The notes under the pieces: generated by a model
What the model was told of the DNA's origin: nothing
The model's input: the letters and a program-made list of their open reading frames with translations, nothing else
The model's database searches: none
Position numbers and translations under genes: made by a program
Shown: positions 45,937-54,900 of the stretch, in pieces
Numbering within the stretch: the first letter of the stretch is position 1
Layout: each line of letters starts with the position of its first letter
Source: a virus
Reading direction: 5' to 3' (one strand)
IMG/VR virus record: IMGVR_UViG_3300027741_002766
Span: 44,738-108,737 of that record
DNA: 64,000 bases

Positions 45937-47090
45937 ATCTTGAACCAGCCCAAGAACTTTTCCATCCGGGCCAGGGGGGCTGACCAATCACCGTAGGTTT
46001 CTTGACGGAACAATCGGGCAGTGGTATACCAAGGAGAATCATCACGATTCTGCATCCAGCGCCAGCAAGCACCATACGCATTGAGTGGAATCCATAGAGG
46101 CCGACCTATAGCACCTGCTAGGTGTGCGGCTGCGGTGTCTACCGATATTACCAGATCCATGTGATGCATCAGGGCGGCTGTGTCAGCAAAATCATTAATG
46201 GTACCTGGATAGCATTCGGCACCTGCGGCCCGGATAACAGCAGTATCTTCGTCACTGGCATCCACCTGTAGGCTTACCCATTGATGTTCGGGAAATTTAC
46301 GAACCAACTCAGCCATGGTCTCTACCGGCATGCTTTTGTGTTGATTGATCCAGGAGTCTCTGCGCCCAGACCAGGTAATACCAATTCTCATGCGATTCTT
46401 GGGAATACCCAGGCGTTGAGCCCAGGCCCGCGCACGTTCCGCATCTACCTGTACATACTGCAGATAGTGCTGAACATTTTCCAGTCGCATGTTTAGGATT
46501 CGAGGCAGACTCATCATGGCCACCCAGTAGTCAAAAGGACCAATTTGATCTTCTGTGTTGCAGGTAATGCCCACAATGGCGTCGGGGGTATTGATCAACA
46601 AAGGCTTGATACCTGGACTCACATGCAGGCGAATCTTGGCACCCATATCTTGCAAGTTACCACAAAATCGCAAAAACTGAATTTGATCACCAAGACCTTG
46701 TTCGCCAATGACCAGAATAGTTTTGCCACGCAGGTCCTCGCCAGACCATTCGGGAGCAGGCAGGTTGGGTTTGGTACCCGACAAGTGCTCATAGCGCCAG
46801 CGACTTTCGTACTGCCGCCAGCCCTGTTCATAATTGCCCAGCATCAAATTGGCCACGGCCAGATTGAACTCAGCAGTGACACTGGCAGGATCCAGTGCTC
46901 GTGCAGCCTCCAGGAAAGGCACAGCACGACGGGTGTGTCCCATCTCTCTCAATACATTGCCATAGTTGTTGAAGGCAGCGGAACTTTCAGGGTCCTGCAC
47001 AAATGCCTGTGCATAAAATGCAATGGCCTGATCGGGTTGGTGTTTTTCTCTGGCCAGGTTACCGCTGGCAATCAAGTCGTTTGTGTTCAT
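45933..47090 (-). CDS. TPR-repeat glycosyltransferase (GT9-like)
   Basis: N-terminal TPRs, 'EQGLGDQIQFLRF', 'DFADTAALMHHMDLVISVDTAAAHLAGAIG', 'SPWY..ARLFRQ'. Start ATG 47090, 5 nt after TAAATA (47096-47101). Confidence 0.88.
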   Translation of the reverse strand: MNTNDLIASGNLAREKHQPDQAIAFYAQAFVQDPESSAAFNNYGNVLREMGHTRRAVPFLEAARALDPASVTAEFNLAVANLMLGNYEQGWRQYESRWRYEHLSGTKPNLPAPEWSGEDLRGKTILVIGEQGLGDQIQFLRFCGNLQDMGAKIRLHVSPGIKPLLINTPDAIVGITCNTEDQIGPFDYWVAMMSLPRILNMRLENVQHYLQYVQVDAERARAWAQRLGIPKNRMRIGITWSGRRDSWINQHKSMPVETMAELVRKFPEHQWVSLQVDASDEDTAVIRAAGAECYPGTINDFADTAALMHHMDLVISVDTAAAHLAGAIGRPLWIPLNAYGACWRWMQNRDDSPWYTTARLFRQETYGDWSAPLARMEKFLGWFKI

Positions 47091-47140
47091 GAAGATATTT
47101 ACTAACACCGGCACACTGGGCAAAATAAACTAGATTTACA

Positions 47141-47236
47141 TAAATACTTGTCAACGCAATTCTGCGTTTTATGCGGCGATTAACCCCACCGCGTAGCGGC
47201 TAGAACCCGCATTGGGCTTCTACTAGGAGAAATCAA
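47141..47236 (+). promoter_or_regulatory. Late promoter with structured ~90-nt 5' leader
   Basis: TAAATA, three tandem hairpins, loop-to-downstream complementarity (TAGAA/TTCTA), AGGAG SD. Confidence 0.65.
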
Positions 47237-48061
47237 ATGGGAAGATCACTTAAAATACAAAAAACAAACATTGGATCTGGATCCACTGTAACAGGCAATC
47301 CACCTGTAACCGCCTACAATCAAAACGTGCTTACAGATGCAGGCTTCACATCCTTTGGCAACTTGATTGATCCTGATGCTGGCAGCGGTACAGGACTCAC
47401 TAACAGTCAGTTCCTGGGTGTGGTAGGCGGTGTACCTGCCACCAGTAATCCCAGTGCTACTTTTCCAGAAGTGTTGACTCAAGCCAATATCTTGCTGGCT
47501 GATGGCACAAATACTGCTTACGGTAACAGTCAAATTCTACGACAAAAAGGCGCACACAAGTTTATGGTTGCTAACTTAGATAGCATAACCAGTGATGGTA
47601 GTTTTATTGTAGGTCAAGCATACCAAATTGCCTCATTGGGTAATACTGCCTGGACCAGTTATGGTGCTCCTACTACCGTGGCAGTGGGTGACGTTTTCAC
47701 CGCAACTTCGGTAGGCGGCGCAGGCACAGGAACTGCTTATCCAGTGGGCACTTGTGTGTTGCAAAACTCAGCCACACCAACTGCTGGTTTTATGAGTGTG
47801 GGCTACACGTTCAATGGTGGTAGCACTACCTATGCTAGTTATATCACTAACAAGTGGGTGCGTGACTGGAACGGCATGACATATGGCAACTATAACAATG
47901 GCAATGATGGTGAAAATATCTATTCCAACGAAAACTACTATGTGACCAACTTCTTTAGCAATGTGGGCACAGTGACATTGAGTGGTGCAGACGTGATCAA
48001 CAGCGCACCAGGCAACAACGGTTCTGTGTATATTGCACAGATCGACAACGTTACAAGTTAA
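47237..48061 (+). CDS. Virion structural protein (possible head decoration)
   Basis: 274 aa, Gly/Thr/Asn-rich; own late promoter, strong SD and terminator. Confidence 0.7.
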   Translation: MGRSLKIQKTNIGSGSTVTGNPPVTAYNQNVLTDAGFTSFGNLIDPDAGSGTGLTNSQFLGVVGGVPATSNPSATFPEVLTQANILLADGTNTAYGNSQILRQKGAHKFMVANLDSITSDGSFIVGQAYQIASLGNTAWTSYGAPTTVAVGDVFTATSVGGAGTGTAYPVGTCVLQNSATPTAGFMSVGYTFNGGSTTYASYITNKWVRDWNGMTYGNYNNGNDGENIYSNENYYVTNFFSNVGTVTLSGADVINSAPGNNGSVYIAQIDNVTS

Positions 48062-48076
48062 TTTGTAGATTAATTC

Positions 48077-48115
48077 AATCCTCCAGGTGGCCCTGCGCCA
48101 CGGGAGGATTTTTTT
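48077..48115 (+). terminator. Intrinsic terminator
   Basis: AATCCTCC..GTGG-loop-CCAC.GGAGGATT followed by a T-tract. Confidence 0.8.
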
Positions 48116-48171
48116 ATGGTCAGTTTGAGGTTTGCTAAGTTTCGGTAAATACACCCAGAGACTCTATTTTT

Positions 48172-51165
48172 ATGACACAGTATATCATTGACACCGGCAC
48201 TGTACCCAATGATGGGCAAGGTGATCCGTTACGAACTGCGTTTACCTATACCAACGACAACTTTACTCAGATTTTTCTAGCCGGGCCTGTAGGTAGCAAT
48301 GTTCGAATTGGTAATAATACCATTACTACCACAGTTCTCAACAGTAACTTAGTGTTGAGCCCATCGGGCATTGGACGCATACAACTCAACAACACGCTGT
48401 TTCCCAGGGTAAACAATGTTTATGATATTGGAACTCCCAGTTTGCGTTTTAACAGCATTTACCTGGGCGATGGCGGAATTGACGTCACAGGTGGTATCAC
48501 AACTGCTGGCAACATCACTGCCGACTATTTCATTGGCAATGGCAGTCAACTGACTGGTATTGTGGCCAGTACTGGCAGTGAAGTTGTCAATGGCAACAGC
48601 ACAATCAGCATACCCTCATCAGGCTCCAATATCTATGTCACAGTGAATGGTACTGGTAATGTGACAACATTTGCCAACTCTGGCGTGTATGTGGCAGGCG
48701 AAGTCAGTGCCACAGGTAACATCTCAGGCAACTATATTTTAGGTAACGGTGCATTACTAACCGGTATCAATATTGGCTACAGCAACGCCAACGTGGCAGC
48801 CTTCTTGCCCACATACACCGGCAATTTGGTCAGTTTAACTGGTCCTGTGGTGACCACAGCCAATGTTGTGGCAGGAAACTTACTGACCAGCGGCGCTATT
48901 TCTGCCACTGGCAACATCACTGGTGGCAACATCAACACCGGTAGACTCAACGCAGGCTATATCACCACAGGCACAACCATAAGTGCATTAGGAAATATCA
49001 CTACCAATTCCTACTTTATCGGTGATGGTAGCCTGCTGACAGGACTCAATCTCAATTACAGCAATGCCAATGTGGCTGCCTTTTTGCCCACATACACCGG
49101 CAACTTGGTTAGCCTAACCGGTCCTGTAATAACCACTGCCAACATCACGGGTGGCAATCTATTGACTTCGGGCTTGATTTCGGCCGCTGGATTGATCACT
49201 GGTGGCAATGTACGCACAGGAAATATCACTGCTGGTAATGTAGTAACTCCAGGATCTGTCAGCGCCACAGGCAATGTGATCACCACTGGATATTTTGTCG
49301 GTGACGGTAGTCAACTGACAAACTTGCCAGTTGGAAATTATAGCAATGCCAATGTGGCTGCCTTTTTGCCCACATACACAGGTAACTTGTCAAGTTTAAC
49401 AGGCCCAGTCACAACCACTGCCAACATCACAGGTGGCAACATACTCACTGGTGGCCTGATATCCGCCGCTGGATTTATCACAGGCGGCAACGTCAACACT
49501 AACAGACTCAATGCTGCCAACATCACTTCCAGTGGTTCAATATCGGCTGTGGGCAATGTCACCGGCAACAACTTGATTGGTGCAACAGTCACAGTCACAA
49601 CTGTTTCGGCTCTGGGCAACATCACAGGCAGTAACATTCAGATCAGTGGTCAGATATCTGCGGCAGGTAATATTCGTGGTGGCAATCTTTCTGCGCCTGG
49701 CGGCACAGTTGATGCTTACATTGTTAGTGCCACTGGTCAAATACAAGGCAACAGTTTTGTAACCACAGGCATTATAACTGCCACAGGCAATATCACAGGC
49801 GGCAATGTTACCACTGGCAACCTACAAGCAGCCAATGTCAACGCTGATGCCAACATATCAGCCGCTGGCAATGTAACGGCCAAGAATTTCCTGGGCAATG
49901 TAATTTCAGTTGGCCTGATCAGTACCACCGGCAATGTTGCAGGCAATTATTTTATTGGTAATGGCGCATTACTGACGGGCATCACAGTCAATGCAGGCAC
50001 AAGTATCACCAACGGCAACAGCAATGTTGTGGTCAGTGCCAATGCCAATGTTGACATTGGTGTGAGAGGTGTAGGCAATGTTGCAACATTTGCCAACACA
50101 GGTGCATACATCACTGGTGAAGCCAGTGTAACTGGCAATGTTACCGGCAACTATTTCATTGGTAATGGCAGTCAGTTGACAGGCGTGGTGGCCACTGCAA
50201 TTGGCACTCTGGGCAATCTCAGTGTGACTGGCAATATTGCCACTGGTGGCATACTTTCAGACAACTATTACTATGCCAATGGTCAGCCAGTGCCTGCTGG
50301 CATAACCTACACTGCCAACACAGCCCCGCCACCATTCCCTAACATAGCAGATCAATGGTGGGACACAGACAATGATGTGCTGTATGAATTTATTTCGGAT
50401 GGTGTCAGTACCTACTGGGTAGACACTACCAGTCCAGCCTTTGCCAGTGGTATCATTGCTAACGTGGCCATTACAGGCAGTTTGTTGCCCATAGCCAATG
50501 TGACCTATGACGTAGGCAGTCCGGGCAGTTACTTCAACAGAGGCTTTTTCCAAACAGTCACAGTGGGCGGCAACACCAGTGTTGCTGGCAATGTCATAGC
50601 CGGAAAAGTGGTCAGTGATCTAGTGGTAGCCAGTGTGCTGGCCAATGCGTCAGCCATCAACCTACAGACCAATGGCACCAATGCACTTAGTATTGACAGC
50701 AGTCAAAACATCACCACTGCTCGTAGATTGCCTGCTGCCAGCATGCCTGCAGGTGCTGTGGTACAAACGGTGATGAGTTCCGCCGTGGGTGGTAGCATAA
50801 CCAACAGTACCAGTTACGTGGATATCTCATCAGCCTCGGTCACTATCACTCCCAGCAACAGCACCAGCAAGATTGTGGTCATAGCCACAGGCACCAGTGC
50901 ATTCAGTGCTGTGTCTGGTACCAATATCAATGCTGACACTCAGTTGATTCGTAGTCCCACTACCAGTCTACAGACTCAAAACATTGGCGGCTTGTTTGGA
51001 GCCTTTGGCGGAGTCGGGCTGTCAGGCACAGTGGCCTACAGTTACACAGACAGTCCAGCCACTACCAGTCCAATAACTTACAAACTGCAACAGCGAGTAT
51101 CTAATTCGGCCAGTACCTTGACCAGTTCAAACATCTGGTTGATAGCCATGGAGATCACAGCATGA
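48172..51165 (+). CDS. Tail fibre with T4 gp9/gp10-like N-terminal anchor
   Basis: 'IDTGTVPNDGQGDPLRTAFTYTNDNF'; G-N-I/V-T repeats; three copies of YSNANVAAFLPTYTGNL; C-terminal beta-sandwich tip; TAAATA at 48146-48151. Confidence 0.85.
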   Translation: MTQYIIDTGTVPNDGQGDPLRTAFTYTNDNFTQIFLAGPVGSNVRIGNNTITTTVLNSNLVLSPSGIGRIQLNNTLFPRVNNVYDIGTPSLRFNSIYLGDGGIDVTGGITTAGNITADYFIGNGSQLTGIVASTGSEVVNGNSTISIPSSGSNIYVTVNGTGNVTTFANSGVYVAGEVSATGNISGNYILGNGALLTGINIGYSNANVAAFLPTYTGNLVSLTGPVVTTANVVAGNLLTSGAISATGNITGGNINTGRLNAGYITTGTTISALGNITTNSYFIGDGSLLTGLNLNYSNANVAAFLPTYTGNLVSLTGPVITTANITGGNLLTSGLISAAGLITGGNVRTGNITAGNVVTPGSVSATGNVITTGYFVGDGSQLTNLPVGNYSNANVAAFLPTYTGNLSSLTGPVTTTANITGGNILTGGLISAAGFITGGNVNTNRLNAANITSSGSISAVGNVTGNNLIGATVTVTTVSALGNITGSNIQISGQISAAGNIRGGNLSAPGGTVDAYIVSATGQIQGNSFVTTGIITATGNITGGNVTTGNLQAANVNADANISAAGNVTAKNFLGNVISVGLISTTGNVAGNYFIGNGALLTGITVNAGTSITNGNSNVVVSANANVDIGVRGVGNVATFANTGAYITGEASVTGNVTGNYFIGNGSQLTGVVATAIGTLGNLSVTGNIATGGILSDNYYYANGQPVPAGITYTANTAPPPFPNIADQWWDTDNDVLYEFISDGVSTYWVDTTSPAFASGIIANVAITGSLLPIANVTYDVGSPGSYFNRGFFQTVTVGGNTSVAGNVIAGKVVSDLVVASVLANASAINLQTNGTNALSIDSSQNITTARRLPAASMPAGAVVQTVMSSAVGGSITNSTSYVDISSASVTITPSNSTSKIVVIATGTSAFSAVSGTNINADTQLIRSPTTSLQTQNIGGLFGAFGGVGLSGTVAYSYTDSPATTSPITYKLQQRVSNSASTLTSSNIWLIAMEITA

Positions 51166-51884
51166 TCACAATGATTCAAGCCATACAAAGCCTAGTACCC
51201 GGCGCAGAAGTCAGTGTGGGCATATACAATCAAGAAATAACCTGGGTCAACCCCACAGTGGCTCCGGTGACCTTTGATCAGATACAGGAAGAACAACGGC
51301 GTCTGCAGGCAGAACATGATCGTGCTGAATATCAAAGAAATCGTGCTAGAGAATATCCTAGCATTGAAGAACAACTGGACGCCTTGTATCATGCTGGTGT
51401 TTTTCCGACCTACATGGCTGATCAAATACGTGCAGTCAAAGAAAAATATCTACCGCCTACAATGACTCGAGAAGAATGGCTAAAACGCCAGGCTCGTATA
51501 GTTGTAAAACCAGTTGCGCCTCCCAAAACACCTGAACCAGTGGGCACAACCACTCCTAGCATGACAGCAGAACAGTGGTTGGCTGCACAATTACAAAATT
51601 CACCAGAACCAGAGCCACAGCCAGCAACACCTGCAGCCACTATGACAGCAGAACAGTGGTTGGCACAACAGACTTCAAACCGATCCATGACCAGAGAAGA
51701 ATGGCTGGCTGCACAGGTTCAAAATGCACCAGTACCACAGCCTGCACCACCTGCACCGGTGTTCGATCCAGTGGTGACCCCGTCTACAGCACCCGCTATG
51801 ACGGCAGAACAGTGGTTGGCACAGCAGGCAGCGGCCCGGCCCATGACCAGAGAAGAATGGCTGGCTACACAGCAGAATTTATAA
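51162..51884 (+). CDS. Tail fibre assembly protein (XkdW-like) with repeat extension
   Basis: 'AIQSLVPGAE...YQRNRAREYPSIEEQLDALYH...IRAVKEKY', ATGA-coupled to the fibre gene; six MT(R/A)E(E/Q)WL repeats. Confidence 0.75.
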   Translation: MITMIQAIQSLVPGAEVSVGIYNQEITWVNPTVAPVTFDQIQEEQRRLQAEHDRAEYQRNRAREYPSIEEQLDALYHAGVFPTYMADQIRAVKEKYLPPTMTREEWLKRQARIVVKPVAPPKTPEPVGTTTPSMTAEQWLAAQLQNSPEPEPQPATPAATMTAEQWLAQQTSNRSMTREEWLAAQVQNAPVPQPAPPAPVFDPVVTPSTAPAMTAEQWLAQQAAARPMTREEWLATQQNL

Positions 51885-51961
51885 AAAAAAATAAATACTT
51901 TTGACAAAGATTGGATGATCCAGTCTAGTATAAGTAGAAAAGACCAAACTTAGGAGTTCCA

Positions 51962-54900
51962 ATGTCATTTCCAGTATCACCAACCAATGGACAGATCACA
52001 GTAGTTAACCAGGTATCATACCAGTATTCTAGTGCAACCAATTCATGGACTAGAATTTTATCTACTGCCAACGTTATCACAGCCAACACAATTGCTGTAA
52101 ACGGAGCACTCACAGTAGGCACCACAATCTCGGCTACTGGCAACATTGTTACTCAAGCGTACTTTATTGGTGATGGTAGTAAAATTAGCAACATCAGCGC
52201 CAATGCTGTTTCAGTAAGCAACATTACTAACGGTACCAGTAACGTCAGTATCAACACTTCGGGTGGTAATGCTACAGTTGGTATTGGTGGCACATCAAAT
52301 GTGGCAGTGTTTGCCACAACTGGCACATACATTACAGGTCTGTTGAGTGTAAGTGGCAATATTACTGGTGGTAATATTCTAACAGGTGGTTTGATCAGCA
52401 CCACAGGAACAATTAATTCAGCAACCACAATCACTGGTGGCAACTTGGCCACTGCTGGCTATGCCAGTGCTACAGGTAACGTAACCGGTGGCAATATCGT
52501 AACAGGCGGTTTGATCACTGCCACTGCCAACATTTCTGGTGGTAACTTGCTCACAGTGGGCTTGATAAGTGCCACATCAACTATCACAAGCGCAGCCAAC
52601 ATCACAGGTGGCAACATCCTAACTGCTGGCCAAGTGTCAGCCACTGCCAACGTAACTGGTGGCAATTTGCTCACAGCAGGTCTTGCCAGTGTAACTGGTA
52701 ACGTAACTGGTGGCAACTTGACCACAGGCGGTCAGATCACAGCAACCGGTAACATCTCTAGTGCAGCCAATGTGGCTGGCGGCAATATTCTTACTGCTGG
52801 TTTGGTAAGTGCTGGTGCAAACATCACTGGTGCTAATGTCTTAACAGGCGGACAAGTATCAGCCACTGCCAATGTCACTGGCGGCAACATTTTGACAGGT
52901 GGATTGATAAGTGCCACATCAACAATTACATCAGCAGCCAACATCACTGGTCAAAACTTGATTACAGGTGGCTTGGTAACAGCAACCGGTAATGTCACAG
53001 GCGGTAACGTATTAACAGGTGGTTTGATTTCTGCAACTGCTACAATCACTGGTGGCAACTTGGCCACTGCAGGTTATGCTTCAGCAACTGGCAACGTCAC
53101 AGGCGGCAACGTCAACACAGGTGGTTTGATCACCGCAACTGGCAACATCGCTGGTGGCAACGTCAACACAAGTGGCATAGTATCAGCCTCGGGCAACATA
53201 TTTGGCAACAATATCTTTGCCACAACAACAGTCAGCACAGCCGGCAACGTGATTGCTGGCAACGTAAACACCAGTAACATTCGTCCCACAAGTGGCGCAC
53301 TAACAATCAGTACAGGCACAGGTAATTTAAACTTAAATCCTGCTGGTAACATTGTATTAAGTGCCAACACCTGGATCAACAACCTAGCAACTCCAGTTCA
53401 AGATGGTGATGCGGCTTCCAAGTACTATGTTGATACTATTGCTTCAACTGGCATTCAGTATCACCAGGCAGTTTATGCAGCCACCACAACAACCCTGGCC
53501 GCAACCACAGGTGGTACAATCACTTATGCTCAACCCAATGGCGTGGCCAATGGCGTTGGCGCAACACTGACAACTACCACATCGTTCAACTTGATCGACA
53601 CTGCCAACGTTCAAACAGTAGGTACACGCATCTTGGTCAAAGACCAAGCCAATGCGGTGCAGAACGGTGTTTATGTTTGGTCAAACGCCACTGCACTTAC
53701 TCGATCCGCAGACACTGACGAATACGGTGCCAACAGTACAGAACAGTTCAGTATCAACGACTACTTCTTTACCACAAACGGTAACGTCAACGCTGGCACT
53801 GCGTTCATTGTGAGCGCACCGCCCGGGGTGATCACATTTGGTACCTCAAACATTGCATTCAGTACCTTCAGTACAAGTCAAGTTTACTCGGCCAACACTG
53901 CGGCTGGTTTGAGCCTGACAGGCACGGTATTCTCGGCCAAGGTTGACAACAACACCACAGCCTTTGACGGCACTGGTAACATTATTGTCAAGGCTTCTGC
54001 TAATTTGACCACACCCAATATTGGTGCGGCAACTGGTACAAGTTTAAACACAACTGGCAACGTTGACGCAGGTAACTTGCGCACAGGCGGTTTGGTAAGT
54101 GCAACTGCCAACGTAACTGGTGGTAACTTGACCACAGGTGGTTTGATCACTGCAACTGGCAACTTAACTGCTGGCAACATTCAAACAGCCGGACAGATTT
54201 CTGCAACTGGCAACATTGTGGCAGCCGCAGGCTCGTTCTTTGTGGGTAATGGTTCAGCACTGACAGGTGTTACTGCTACTTCAGCAGGCTTCCCAATCAC
54301 AGCAGGTACTTCAAACATTGCGGCTGCTGTCAACGGCAACATTGGTATCACTGTAGCCGGTGCAAGTAATGTGGGATTGTTTACACTTTCGGGCTTGCTT
54401 GTAACTGGTTTGATCAGTGCCAACGGAAACGTTACTGGTGGAAACATTACTACAGGTGGATTAGTGTCAGCAACTGGCACAGTAACTGGTTCAACGCTAA
54501 TTGGCACTGTTGTAACAGCAACTGGCAACGTGTACGGTGGCAATGTATCAACAGGTGGTTTGGTCACAGCAACTGGTAACGTGACTGGTGGCAACTTGAC
54601 CACAGGTGGATTGATCACGGCAACTGCCAATATTTCTGGTGGTAACTTGTTGACAGGTGGATTGATAAGTGCCACTTCAACAATCACATCAGCAGCCAAC
54701 ATAACTGGTCAGAACTTGCTCACAGCAGGTTTAGTAAGTGCCGGTTCAAATATTCAAGGCGCCAACATCTTGACAGGTGGCCTAGTGTCAGCAACTGCCA
54801 ACGTCACAGGTGGCAATTTGATCACTGGCGGATTGGTGTCGGCAACAGGTAACATCACATCAGTTGCCAACGTTGCCGGTGGTAACTTGCTGACAGGTGG

